A DNA stretch of 61,727 bases, the filler included, from Choristocarpus tenellus KU-1152 (lineage: Eukaryota; Protista; Phaeophyceae): the NCBI GenBank assembly GCA_964200185.2. It is 9 parts of 9 records of this genome, joined end to end, with 100 filler letters (N's around TTAATTAATTAA, not from the genome) between each part and the next. Parts side by side here need not be neighbours in the genome. Positions count along the whole stretch, not along the records: positions 17,452 to 31,456 come from CAXNAD020001303.1; positions 31,557 to 34,947 come from CAXNAD020020354.1; positions 35,048 to 44,795 come from CAXNAD020003432.1; 6 more parts are not named here. One strand, written 5' to 3'. The number at the start of each line of letters is the position of its first letter. Positions within the stretch are counted from its first letter, which is position 1. The notes below the pieces were generated by a model. That model searched no databases, had not been told where the DNA came from, and saw only the letters and a program-made list of their open reading frames with translations. Both the position numbers and the translations under genes were made by a program. Shown piece after piece: positions 25,141 through 38,239 of the stretch.

Positions 25141-28100
25141 ATGGGGGTGGCAAGAATGATATTGAGTATCGGGGGGTTGCTTATGGCGTTGATCTGTTCG
25201 GGATGGGGAGATGTCTCTGTTGGCAACACCAAGGTACTTCCAACATTGCAAACTTGATGGTTGCCCTCACAACTCCGTATGACTTCCACAAGTCTCAAGG
25301 TCCACTGTCCATTGTGGACGACGATAATGTATACCTTCCACTTGCTTCTTTCAGTGGGAATTTCCCCCTCTCTCTGAGTCAACGAATTATGATAGATGGT
25401 TGTTATCCCTCCCTATGTCATTACTTGCCACCACAAGACCTTCCCTCTGCTCTCCCTTCGAATCCACCATGAAGTTGATCTCTACGAAGATCGATCTTCC
25501 ACCTTGCTTCTTTCTCTTTGGCAACTATGGCAGGGTGAGAAGAAGATTAAGATACTGAGGTCCCGGGGACCTTTGGTGACCCTTACAGACTCCAACTTCA
25601 CCAGGTTCGCCGTGACTCAACCACGTCCGTACCACCTGGTTTTAATCTTCACTGCAACTGAGCCGAAGTTTGGGTGCACGTTTTGCAGGTGCGTAAGCTA
25701 CTTGGGATCGGGAACTCTTTCTCTCTCCCTCCCTCTCAATCTCTCTCCCTCTCTTCCTCTCTCTCGCTGTTCGCTTCTCCTTGGTGCCTCCGAGATGCTA
25801 CCTACCTCTGCCGCCCTGAGCGTGCGGCACTGAACAGTACTGTAGCGGCGATAGTTCATCCTCTCTTGCTGCTGTATGAAATATGCTGAGCAATACGTCT
25901 ATTGCTGGGAGACCCTCTGTGGATGACTTGAAGGTCGTGTTTGATTCCAAGGTCAAGGCAGTTCGGGGGGTGGGGGGAAGGGGAGGGCATAACTCCGCGT
26001 GGGACGAGGCAAGGGATATACTATGAATATTAAACGGGAAGACAGCACCAGACACAAAGGCTAGCGCACTGTTAATTCTACTCTGTAAATATCTCTTTTC
26101 TGCTACTCTTGTCGCATTACTTTCTTCTCTCGCTTATCATACTCAATTGCGCATCCGTATCAAACTTGTACCTTCCGTAACTCTGACCAGGTCACTGCTA
26201 CCTCCTATAGAGGAGGTAGCACAGTCAAATGCCTACCAGAATGGCCAAAATGATGAAGAGACACCGTTGGTGTTTGCAGTGATTGACCTTCACAATGGAA
26301 GGTAAGCAAGAAGTGACTTAGTAAATGGTGACATGTGATACCAGTGCAATGTAGTGATATATACAGAGATACATTTTGATCCAGCTTGTGCCTAGTCTAG
26401 CCATTCTACATTTTCTAACTTAGCCGTTTTTACCGTTGTTGTGCCACCGATTTATCATGCTTCTTCATCTCCTTCACTTACCTAAGCCCACCCACCTGCT
26501 ATACCCTCCCACTACTTTTGTATTTTCCTAGTTCTAAAATTTCCAATATTCCAAGTCTCTCACTTCCCCCCCACTCCCACCATGATGATGTGTCAAAAGG
26601 AGCGCATTTGAAATGTTTGGTATGCAGTCTGTCCCACATGCCTTCCTGATACCATCGGACCACCAAGTGCAACGCAATTCATTGCGGTTGAGGGGTAGCT
26701 TGGATGTGACCCAATTCATATCCATCCCACCTGGCCAACCAGGTTCTCAGGCCCCCTCCTCCAAGGTCCTTGCAGAGGAACTGACACACCGAACAGGGGT
26801 GGAGGTAAAGAACCGTACCCCCCCCCCTGCTCTATCCCCTGATGCCTGTTTTCCTAGGGTTGGTGGGCTGTTCCTGTGAGTTGTGTGCAGCAATTTGCCT
26901 TCCTGATTGAATCTCCTCGGGTTTTTCCCATTAGTGCCTTGCTTTCAAAGAGTTTGTTAATGGTTTGTGGAGACCTGAGTTAGGAACGCCAGCCATATTC
27001 TTGGGTTCTCAGTGAGACCATTCAGAACATACATCACATTGATAAGGGCAGGGCAGGTGTTGTGTTTCCTTCGAATTTGGTGGGTGATTGTACATACAGG
27101 TTTGTTTTGTTCCTTTGTGTTCAATTGGGAAGTGCGCATGTGTCAAACAACAAGAGCAATCCCCCCATTCCCAACCCCCTGCCACACTGGGATAGACAGT
27201 CTTCTTGCTTGTCTTTAGTTCTTACATAGTGTAGCCTGCTCTTGTTGTGGGCTTGGGACCTGACTTTGTGCTGATCCAAATTGTATGGAGTTCTAAAAGA
27301 GATTTTATTCTCCCTGCAGTATCTTTCTTGCCTGGATGGATATCTTGTGATATTACTACCATGTGCTTATCAGGAATCATTGACTAATGCCCAAGGCAAG
27401 CAAGTGGCCTACACACCAGTCGGCCTCACCCCGTATCGTCCCTCTCGCTGCATTTGCAAGTGATTGCCGTATTTTCTGCTTGATCTGCCATTCACGGAAG
27501 AGGTAGCACTTCAGAATAGAGACCAACTAGGGCATGAGTGCATGCCCCCATCTTGACACAATTGGCCCCCTTTCACCTCTCAAACCTCAAATATTATGGG
27601 GGGTTGAGTAGATTGTGATACACCCAGATATGTCAGGGTTTCTGGCAGCGGTGCCAGTGGTCGCAGCAGTTCTTGGCGTCCTGGGACACATCATCATTTC
27701 CAGACCAGCACGAATCATGGGTGTGGCACGCAGTCGAGGACTGTGGATGCTCTTTACCTTGGCTTGCTTTGCCTCAGGAGTTGGGGGAATGATTTATTGT
27801 ATCATTCGTAAACCTCGCACACACACCACGAACCAGGTAATTAGTGCCAGAGAGGCTATTGGGACAACACTGTGACTGCTTTGAACCCCACAGGTTGAAT
27901 GTTTGGGTGTGGTAGAGAGGTGAGGGGGTAGGGGTAGGGGTGTAGGAGGAAAGCAGATGATAGTGAGAAAATACAAGGGATCAGAGGATTATTAGGAAGG
28001 GGCAGAGGATGCGTACATTGAAACATTGCTCTCCATGGAGGTGAAAATGATGGTTTTGTTGTGTGACAGGATGTTGTGAGTATGTATCAATTTTGTAAGG

Positions 28101-29769
28101 CACAGTGGGGTGCCCTTTATCCGGTGTACAAGGAGCCTGCACTCAGCAGGGCGACATTCCCCTTTAGAGTTGTCATTGTACTCAGGGTTAGGCACCAGTG
28201 CTGCTGTGATGTATTAGTGATGCAATAAAGGTAGGGGTGCGTGGCGAATAGTACACTTATTATTTGCATAGTGAGTACATCAAGTACCTGATTGCTTAAA
28301 TAAAACTTGAGTCCCAAAAGGTTCTGTGCATTGTGCTATCACAAGTGTTGTTTTTTCATCCTGGGGTTAACAACCCAGGGGGGGGGTTGTATTTGGAATT
28401 TCAAGGACGTTATAGGCAGGGCCTTCAATTGGAAGTGGTAGTGGTGAGAGGACTGGGCTGTGAACCGGCTTGTTGAGAATATTTTTGAAGGGTTGGAACA
28501 GGATCGTGGAAATTTGAACAGGACTAACCCTAACCCTAACCAGGCTGTGACCTGACTTGGACAAGATTAATTTCAAAAGGACCGGGCCAGGTTGCAGTAT
28601 ATATGAAGTATATATATTTAGTTGGTACTCCAGTAGTATTATTATAGTGTTATTTTACTGAGAATATGTTGTTTTGTTGTGATTTTCCTGGGCCGATCCA
28701 GAGTGTAAAGAACTTTCCCAGGCCTTAAGAAAAATATCAAAGAACTGACAATGGGCCAGTCTGACTATCTTCCAGTCCGATGTAAACCCTGGTTGCAATA
28801 CACACGAAAGCATTGCATTCTGCTGTAGAATTTGTGATGTACTGTACTGCTTTGTGACAGGAAGGTAGGGTTGGAGTCCTCTCTCCCCCTCCCCTCCCCA
28901 TTCATTACCCTAAATTTCCCGATGAAGACTCATAATTGCCCCATCTCTCTCTTCTCAGGATGGGAACTGGGCCATGTTCAGCGATAGTAGCCGCGAACAA
29001 TTCTGGTATGAGGGCTTTGCGGTGGTGTCAATGTACCTTGCGATGGGAGCTGGTATGATAGGCTTGCAGAAGGCTGCGACGTGGAAAAGGTGACTGTAGT
29101 GTCGGCAGGGTTGGTTGTGGTGTTGCTTGTGTTGCTTGTTTGTGCGTCTCAGCAGTGTGTGTCTCTTGTATATTGTACTGAATTGGAGACTGATGGAATG
29201 GATTGTAGTGAGTGTGCAAGGTGCCTTCATGTTGGCGGACAGTGGCCCTGGTCAAGAGAGTTGGGTTGAGAGTGTTCCCTGCCAGAGGACAAGGAAGACA
29301 ACAAAGGCGTTGAAAAATATATGGTTGATGTATTATGACCTTGGTAAGTATGATGTCATTGTGGCGCATGCAGTCTCTTCCCGACCTTACACTCAGCAAC
29401 CTTTTAAGTAGGCCTTCCTTCTTGCCAGCTCTCTATTTTCCCAAGGGAGTCATGTCCCGCAGAAGACGTAGTGGCTGTCACTAGACAGTGGACATGTTTA
29501 TCGTCTACTGTGTGTATGGTATGTATGATGCGGTAGGGCTTCTGACGCTGGTCACCTGAATTGCAAGGAGTAGAAGTGAGTTCTCTGAAGTGGTAGATTT
29601 AGTATGTGTTTTATTCATTTTGTGCAGGTCCGGTGTACATGCAGAGGGGATGGCAATGATAGTTTTGCCAAGAAAAAGGGTTCAATGAATTGCAAGAACT
29701 CTTTGCAGTGGTTTTTCTGCTTCATACTAACCCAAGTGCCCACCCAGATATGCTGACTCACAGTTCTAG

Positions 29770-29803
<34 letters not shown>

Positions 29804-30496
29804 CTTCCTGGACTCCTTCCCCCAGTGCACCCTCTGTGGTGCGGAGTACGGCAGCTCTTGTGTGTGTGACATTTTTGTGTTTCCTGATGAAAGAGTACTT
29901 CTACCTTTACGTGAAGAAGACCCCCTGGTACACCCTTGATGGTTTTCTGCCCAGCACGGTGAGGCTTCTGGGGGGAGAGGAATTAGGGAAGGTGCAATCA
30001 ATCGTTGAGATGGACAGTGGCAGGGGAATGCATGAGTGCTGTCCTTCCTTTCTTGTTTTGTGCTTGTACCTCTGCTTGATGTAATGCGACTTCGTATGCC
30101 TTTTTTGCTGAGTAGTCTAGTATTTTTTTTTAGTGAGATGCGGGGAACAGGTTGACTAAGGACGGCTCTGTCACTTCCACAAGCATGCACACATTGCGTG
30201 TACGCCCATTTGTTTATATGCCTGCATTGTGAAGCAACATGAGCACTGAGCGTGACATCTTGCCTTCCCTCTAATGTCTACCTTTCTGCCCTGTCAACAC
30301 ACAACACAAGCTGCTGGGTTTTCACAAAGGGCCTATTAAACGTAGTGATGGCCTTCTTCGCCGAATCTGCCGTGTTTCACACATCTGGCTCAATGAGTAC
30401 ACCACGGGAAAGGCTATGGGTAAGAAGTTCAAGACACTTGTCGTGGACTTCGTTGTAAGAAAGGCTGCTCGCATAGTTGGATTGAAGAAGGGCTGA
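25141..30496 (+). CDS. Oligosaccharyltransferase subunit OST3/OST6 (MAGT1/TUSC3-like). Exons 25141-25233, 25534-25688, 26191-26301, 26600-26804, 27612-27836, 28959-29089, 29826-29958, 30311-30496; 412 aa
   Basis: All seven introns are GT-AG and phase-consistent (1239 nt in total). Signal peptide, thioredoxin-like domain (PRPYHLVLIFTA...CTFC, CxxC), then hydrophobic segments with GGMIYCIIRKP, REQFWYEG and KTPWY. Confidence 0.9.
28375..28792. mobile_element. Decayed hAT-like non-autonomous element (CAGGG...CCCTG); related pieces at ~22030-22160, ~22730-22870, ~51810-52040, ~54210-54232
   Basis: Ends ccaggg / ccctgg and repeated degenerate ggccgggcc-like subterminal motifs; 8-bp TSD not found. 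Confidence 0.4.
29772..29800 (+). repeat. (CT)n tract upstream of the OST3/OST6 exon 7 acceptor
   Basis: Read directly. Confidence 0.9.
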
Positions 30497-31556
30497 TGCA
30501 AATGTGCCTCATGACAGGAGGAAGGAGGTGGAGGTGGATGTGTAGGTGGAGGTGGAGCAAATAGATTCAGGAGGGAGTTATATTCGCATGCTTGCTTTCT
30601 GCGTCCTGAGTCCATGCTGCCAGTGCGTGTGTGATGGCTGTGTGTGCTGTGGTGTGTTGTGTTTCAGTGCATGTTTATTTGTGCTTATCTCTCTCTCTCT
30701 CTCTCTCTCTATGTGTGTGTGTTTGTGTGTGTGCTATTAGTTGTCCTGAAAAGTTGATGTAGTTAATGAAGCATGACTACTAGTGAGCAAAGATATTATC
30801 GTGCTGTGACTTTCAGTAATAGTGCAAGTGGTGAATGTGGACTGAGATAGTTTTATAGATATATACTGATGTTGAGGATTAGTACCACGGTATTATTACA
30901 TGTACTTCAGACCAGTAGTGTAGATTCTCAGAAGGCATGAAAGGGGGAAGAGTGGTAGTTCAGGTTTGAGCTCACTCTGCCCTTCCTCCACACCAAACCT
31001 TTCTTTTTTTCATGGCACAACCAAGAACTATAATTTGAAGAGGAGACTTTTACCATTGTGTTCAAAACTTAACATGGGAATGAACATGTCCACTGGCCTT
31101 TCATGAGACCCTCCCAAGTTCAGTTTACCTACTCTCGAGTACGGTTTAAGCGGTAGCTACAAATCTTTGAGTTAAGACAATATTCTTTCAGGACTATTTT
31201 TGCTTGAGGTTGACCAAATACACTAGATGCAGCAAATGATTGCGATGGTGTCTAGATTGTGGTATAGCAGTGAAGTTTATTCCCAACAAAAGTTTTCTTG
31301 TGGGGCAGTGATAAGAGTTAGCAGCCAATGCTTCACAAGGACTGCAAACTATAGAGGAGGTTTGGCCCAAAGTATCTGGGGGGGGGGGGGGGGGGGGGGA
31401 AACCGCGGGGGGTTTTTTGTAAAAGAAAAGGGAAAAATGTGATAATAATTATCAGANNNNNNNNNNNNNNNNNNNNNNNNNNNNNNNNNNNNNNNNNNNN
31501 TTAATTAATTAANNNNNNNNNNNNNNNNNNNNNNNNNNNNNNNNNNNNNNNNNNNN

Positions 31557-32940
31557 ACTTCAATGTCATTATGGTATTTATGAAACCGCCATCAAGACAT
31601 ATCGCCTGTAACAGAAATCCCTTGGGGTCCAAAAGTAGATTGGACCTGCTGTAGTGCCTTATGTGTTGCCATGCAAGATAAGAGGGGGCCAATGGGGTCT
31701 CCCTGTTGTGCCCCTGATCATGATGGCAGGATCTTCATCCTTCCTTCATCCAGGGGGAAGATGATTTCGGGTATCCCAATATATCTTGGAGACATAAGGC
31801 AGGAGTCCTGGTAGAGGCTCTGGGAGATCCTTGATGAAGGCTGAGTGGCGCACGCTGTCGAAAGCATCTCTTCCATCTAAACTGATGACCCATTCTCCAC
31901 ATTCATGCCTTAGACAAATATCTAGGAGTGCACGCCCTACTCCATTTGGAACCCCGACGCCAAATTATCCTACTCCACCCAAACATTCCTCCAGGTAGGG
32001 GCGCCAGTCTGTGCAGAAAGCTGAAGCACATGCCCTTCTGAAGAAAGACCAACAGGCGATCGGGCGGCACTTGTTCTCAATTGTGGACAGTCTGGAGTTT
32101 GTGTTAAGTGTCCAGAACTCCAGGGTAAAGAGTCCGGGGAGGTGTAGGCTAGTTCCCATAGTTTTGAAAATGCCTCCATCACTTCTTCGTGACCAACATC
32201 TATCGTAATGGCTGATCTGATGTGACTACAGCGCATCCCATCAGGGCCTGGTGCAGAGTTGCTGTTCGCCCTCATGAAGGCCGTTCGAAGGGAGATGGGG
32301 GTATACTCCCCTTGCGGAGGGCAGTACCTTTGTTCCCCAGATCGTGAATTCCCTTGTGCCCTGTCTCTTGCGTCTGTGATGGCCTGCCTAAGCTTATCCT
32401 GGTCCTCACTAGGGTGTTTGGGGACTAGCATACTGAAAGCCTCCTCCATCCCTGAGGCTCTGGGTTGTGCTAGGAGAACACTCGCCCCCTTGGAGATTCC
32501 TCTATGGTGGTGACCCAAAGCTGCAGGGCATTCCTCTGGTGGGATTTGGGGTCCTCTCCAGGAGCCTCCCTACGTCTGCTGGTCCTCTGGGATCGTTCTA
32601 GTCGCTATGCTACCAGCTCTTGGATGTTCCCTGATGCCACTCGGGCAAACCTTTCCTCCTTCGATCGAGAACTTTCCATCATTTGCTAGTAAGAGGTCAG
32701 AGATAATGTGGAAGAGTTTGGACGCTCTGATGACCCCTATGGTTCGTGTCCCCCCCTCCAGCCTTGGGGCGGTTACCTCATGTATCAGGAGATCCACTGT
32801 GTGCATGAGGGTGATTGCGTGGGTGTTGCGGAACCTGCCTAGGACCCTTCTTAACCGTAGTGATGTTTACCCGCTCCAGGGTCTCCATCTGGTTCTATGG
32901 TTTCATTCTGACGGAAGGTCCACCAGTGGAATCATGGATT
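31557..32940 (-). mobile_element. CRE/R2-like non-LTR retrotransposon RT relic
   Basis: SAPGPDGMRCSH, KCRPIACWSFFRR, FGVGVPNGVG and LDGRDAFDSV occur in order (early RT subdomains), with frameshifts and a stop. Confidence 0.75.
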
Positions 32941-32999
32941 CTTGACAAGGAACCTCAATCGGTACAACGGTATAATGGTACATGACATATGGAAATAAC

Positions 33000-33760
33000 G
33001 GTATAACAAGACAAACATGCTTTCCACAGTCGTGAAATAAAATGGCGCAATAGTATAGTAACAGGCCTACATGTTTTCCGTTTTGCTCCCAGAGCTCACT
33101 TTTTGGTGAGCTTGAATCATGTTTACATGGCTTCAAGACCGATTAAAAGGGGGGGTGATTTGGAAAGCATATTTGTCTGTTGTTATACCGTTATTGCTAT
33201 ATGCCATATTCCGTTACACCGATTGAGGTCTTCTTCTGAGAGCTTTGGTTCAACCGTGTGGAGGATATTCGGAGTGATAAATTTCCGTGTCTTCCCGCAA
33301 CATCTCTTTATGGGCACGTTTTCTGAAGACGAATCTCCCATCTCTGAAGGGTTTCTTTTCCGAAACCCATCCGAATCGTAACCCACCCCACTTCCTCGGT
33401 TCCCCACATTTTCTTGCAAATCCTTTCAGTCTTGCACTTGTGTAACCATAACCTCGTCCTCTCGGGTACGGTTCATCTTCGTTTGTCTGGTCCATCTTAC
33501 CTGGTAATTTTCTTCACCACCCTTGCCTGAGGGAACCATGCCTGCAGAGGATCACACGATTCATAAAATAGATTAATATCTTTCACATTTCTACAACATG
33601 GTACTTCTTCAAAGGTTATTCTGATATTTGAATGGTTTTCTTTGATTTTTCTCTTGACACATCTGCAAAACGTCCCAGAGCATAATAACAAAAATAATAT
33701 ATTAAAGATGTATCTGTACAACAGGTAACTACACTTCACTCCAAAGTTCAGAGTGACAAC
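33000..33760 (-). pseudogene. IS630/Tc1-like DDE transposase relic
   Basis: MDQT...RGRGYG (first catalytic D region) and FPNHPPF*SVLKPCKH (resembles the LPPYSPFLNPIE motif); frameshifted. Confidence 0.4.
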
Positions 33761-33789
33761 TCCTCACAATAGTTGTAGAGTTTGTCGCC

Positions 33790-34600
33790 CTATTAATTAT
33801 ACTCCAGTTCTAAACCGTTGTCGCACACAAGTGACGACCCTTCAAGATAGTGCTTGAATCTGTGTCGCTGTATTCTGAATGTGGAGTTGATGTAGTTGAG
33901 AGTTCCTTCAAACATACACAAAATTGGTGGGACTTCAACATAATAGTGACACATGGTTGTCAGGGGTGGAATAGAGTTGCACCAACTCTGATTGGGCAAG
34001 CAATGATGTGTGTTCTCCTCTCCTCACGGGAAATGAGACCCGCTTGTGGAGTACTATTGCGCTGAGGGCGATGTGAACCTCATGGAGGACAGGTGGATAC
34101 AGACCATCTTTGTGAGGAGGGAAGGAATAGGGGTTAGACACTGGTCACTCTTGCCACGTCGGTGTTGCTGATGAGGAGAGAGAAGGGATATCCTTCTTCG
34201 CCAACGCTGATCTTTGCCGTATTGGAACAAAGCATTCCCTATCTGGGGTGAGGGAAGTGAGACGTTAATCCTGTGTGTGAAGGGTGGACTTGATGCTTTG
34301 GTCATGTAGTCAACATCACTAAAAGTTTGTGGAGATTCACTATATGGATGAATGGGTGATTATTGTGGATACGATTTGCGTTGATTGTCTGACCTATGCC
34401 CTTGTTATATTTTGGAAGTACCTGTTGGGGTTGGATGAGAACCAGATGTGCACATCGCTTAGTCCTGCTGGATGACAACTTCGAAGATGAAGTATCTCAC
34501 TGAACAAGGAATGCGGATGCTTTTGGTTGGGTAATAGAGTACCAAGCTACGAGGATCTTAGAGGTAAAGGGGTAGGATGTGTAGGTCGGAGGGATCTCAT
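33790..34600 (-). mobile_element. Possible C-terminal fragment of a CRE-like LINE
   Basis: Broken frames with Cys/His-rich segments after a VHIALS-like stretch; weak. Confidence 0.25.
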
Positions 34601-34655
34601 AGACTGTTGCGGATCCCGGGCTCCAATGTTGTGCCTTAGTAAACCGAACCTACTG

Positions 34656-34842
34656 AGGGAATCAATCCCCGTCTTATGGAAGTAAGACCAATATTATTTT
34701 TAACACTTACCCCAATCGGGTTTTCTTTTGTTACTATCTTTGAACTTAGGATTTGAGGACCCTAATCGTAACCCGAACCCAAATTGTCAAAAAGAGCAAA
34801 AAAATATCGACCTTGGTTCCCAAGATGGGGTATTGTTCCTGA
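34656..34842. mobile_element. Small TIR element with degenerate telomere-like interior
   Basis: gagggaatcaatccccgtcttatggaa versus reverse complement of the right end caggaacaataccccatcttgggaa; interior ccctaatcgtaacccgaaccc. Confidence 0.45.
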
Positions 34843-35047
34843 AGGGATTTGGTTGCTTGAGACACTGTACCAATCGTAGTAGATGGAGGTAGGGACACTG
34901 CTTGTCCTGCCTTGTACTCTATGTTGTACCCTCCCCCCCCCCCCTCCNNNNNNNNNNNNNNNNNNNNNNNNNNNNNNNNNNNNNNNNNNNNTTAATTAAT
35001 TAANNNNNNNNNNNNNNNNNNNNNNNNNNNNNNNNNNNNNNNNNNNN

Positions 35048-35257
35048 TCCAATGTTGCAATTTTGATGTAATTTTGGCTATCACGTTTGTTAGGAGACGT
35101 CAATATCCTTGTTCCGGACACTCCTTTTCATAATATAAATATTTTACCCACTCCAAAACATTTTGTAGTAGGTAAAATGTCAATAAAAATCCGTGGGAAG
35201 CCAAGCCCCAAATGGACAAACATGGAAAAACTCGTACCCTCTAAGATACTTTCACTC
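35048..35257 (+). mobile_element. MITE family B, left end lost at spacer
   Basis: Colinear with ~40750-40963; ends taccctctaagatactttcactc. Confidence 0.85.
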
Positions 35258-38239
35258 TTCATCCTTCACAACTTACAACACATGAAAGATAGTGGTTGGA
35301 GCTGCAAGGTCCAAGGGACCAAGGTGAGGGTGCAGCCTGTACTCCATTTGTGCTGCTACATTAGTGTTTGTGCCTCAGACTAACGTATGGTGAAGATGCT
35401 ATTTCTTTCTTTCCTGGGTGCCCCTCGCAACCACACTCTTTTGTGTGCTCGGTTCCAGCACCACAATTTGCAAACCATTTCTTCATGGTTTGTCATCAGA
35501 AAATATATTTTTCTGGAGAAGTACACGTACTCAGACGAACATGTTACGACATTGCGGGTAAGTGATTATCCTGATTAATACTCCTGTGTCTCGTTTGCAA
35601 CAACCATATATGGGCTACGGCCAACCTTCTGTGACGAGAATGGGATACTGGAGGGCGCACTACTATGAATGGGTACCAGGGGAGCGTTGTGCTGGAAAGA
35701 AGGGACGCTTTACCAGTTACTACCCACTGTACACCAGCAGACCTAGGAGAAATAACACAGTGAGAGGGTTGCGCCGAGGTAAACTCGTGGGGACTATGCT
35801 GAAAGGAAAAGGAGAAGGAGAGTCACTAAGCAGCCACAGTGCTCACTCAGAATGAGGAGGAAAGCCACAGAGGGGACTGTCTAGTCTGTACCTGGGGGAA
35901 AAGGAGAGCAGGCCCACCAGCCATCATCCTAGATGCTCCAGCTGCACCAGGAGAAACGGCCCAGGGTAACCTCTGGGTAGCAAGGATAATCTGTGCCTGG
36001 GTAGAAGGGATGGGTTGTGGTGGTGGGGGGTCTTGCCTGCCTGTGCAAAAATTCAAGGTAAGTGTATATTTGTAGGTTGTCTCGTTTATCAGTAACTTTG
36101 TCCAAAATGAGGGCATCACAGGCGACGACCCTTTCCTACAGTATTAAAAAATACACATTGATTAGGACAGCTACGAATATCCTTTCAATAATGTTCAACA
36201 AATCATAGTTGGACTTGAGGTAGAAGATACTGTGTTTGAGTTAAAAGGGAGGGGTGAGGTATCTGGCACTAGTTATACCGTGTCTTAACGGGGCCTTGTT
36301 TTCGTGGGTTGCACGTGAGGATGGACTTGTTAGAAATCAAACGTAAAATATAGAATGATGGTTTGCTCCTCCCCCCTGAAGTGGTGATCGTCGCCGCCTT
36401 AGTGTTTGGGTTATCTCGAAATGGGAAAATCTCTGTTTCACCCCTTCACACTTTTTTCCTTTTTTTAAAGTTTCTGGATTCCGTCACAATTGGTCAACAA
36501 TTCAGACACACCGTTACCACTTCCCATCTCTTCTTTTAGTCATCACGTTGGGTTTGGTATTTCTCAACAAACCAAGAAATGGTGCAAAATAAAAGCTAAA
36601 ACATGAGTACCAAAGTCTAACCCGATTTTTTTTCTTTCCTTAATTGTTCTATGTTCCTTACCTTGTCCCAAACAGCACCAAAAAGATTTGACCAATATTT
36701 TTTTTTGTAAAGAAACTTCCTTCCTTCACATGTATCTTCCTACTGTGCTGAACTTCCTTCTGGCGTACAACACCGATCGATGAGTACAACCATTCACTTG
36801 AGTTTTCACTCTGAGTACGAAAGAATTAGTTTGTAAGAGCCACATAAATTAGTGCGGGTGCTGTTGGGGGTGGAATGCTTGAACCATTGGATGAACAGGG
36901 ATCCTCAATGGAGGGGAGGAAGCAGTTCCACTCTGTGCTGATGCAAAAAGAAAAGCACTTCTCCTAGTACCAGGGTTCATACGATAATTTAATCTGCCGG
37001 TCCTATATGCTGGTATTTTTGTTAGTACTTCAAATATTGTAACAAAAGCGAATAGAGGTGAACATCATCTGTGCATTGTAGTGTAGTAATGATGGCTATC
37101 AATCATCTCCTCTTCCTTTCTCTTTGTCTTGCTTCCCCTATCACGAGGTTAGTCTGAGGGATCCCAGACCCGTGGTCGAAAAAGTAGTTTGAAGGAGGCA
37201 ATACACACCGCTTCTTGAGAAAAGGCAACAAGGATCATCAAAGAAAGGAAAACAAAACGGCGGAAGAAAAAAAAAAATAGAAGAAAATCAAAGAACTGAG
37301 GAGGACAAATAGAACCTGCAAGAGAAAAACACTATCACTCCATAAATATAGAGAGAAGAGAGAAAGGAAACGAATAATGGACAAAAGATGTAAGTGAATC
37401 ACCCCACTAAAAAAACAGTATCCAGCAGGCAGTGGTGGTGATGGTGTTGGTAGCTTGGGAGACGTTAGGTGCTGCTTTGTTGTGACGTATATTAGTCTTC
37501 CTAGAAGCAAGATATTGCGAGGCCCATTTGATTCACAGGTTGAAGTCATCATTGGCAGCTACCAAAGCTGGAAGGGAAACCAATTGAGATAGGAACAGTC
37601 GTTCAGGTCACTAAATGCTATTGATATTCACACAATGCGATCCGTGTTGTGGTAAGGTAACGGTTTGATGAGTGTTGACCTAAGGAGACGATGTATGACC
37701 AGAAGAAGACGATGGAGATGACAAGGCCTGCGATATGGATGATATCTTATCAACTTCAAAAGTCTCATTGAACACTGAACAAACTTCTGAAGGCTTAACA
37801 ACAACACAGAATTGAAAAGAAATGAGAAAAATATAATTATTATGCAGACTGAACCCGCCACCAATTCCCTTTGGGAAGAAAAAGACTAGGTCCATCTCAT
37901 GCACTGGGTAGGACCCCCATGATACAGCCGAGTTTCAGATTAATGTTCTTACCTTGTTTGGGTGGTATGGTCTGAATGACCAATTATACTGGCAAAAATT
38001 ATGGCTTCATGGTCAATCAGTCAACAATATTCTTTTGGACCACTAAACTTTGATTATTATTTACTTTTGGTGTATCACTGTGAATGAAATGAGTGGGGAT
38101 TCACTAATTGGAATTTGAGAATAATACTCTACTTCGAAGTAATAAACAGCTAGACGGTTCAACAGAACAAATCTTATTCGAGTTCATACAGATGTTTTCT
38201 ATAAAGCCGTCAGACAGATAGAACGGTCCCCCGCAACAA

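Noticed and set aside
25062-25833. Track ORFs 25062-25472 and 25396-25833 as separate genes
   Set aside because: They overlap OST3/OST6 exons 1-2 and run into introns; the spliced model explains the coding signal.
28062-28255. Possible solo LTR in an OST3/OST6 intron (TG...CA with AATAAA)
   Set aside because: No TSD and no second copy in the window; too weak to call.
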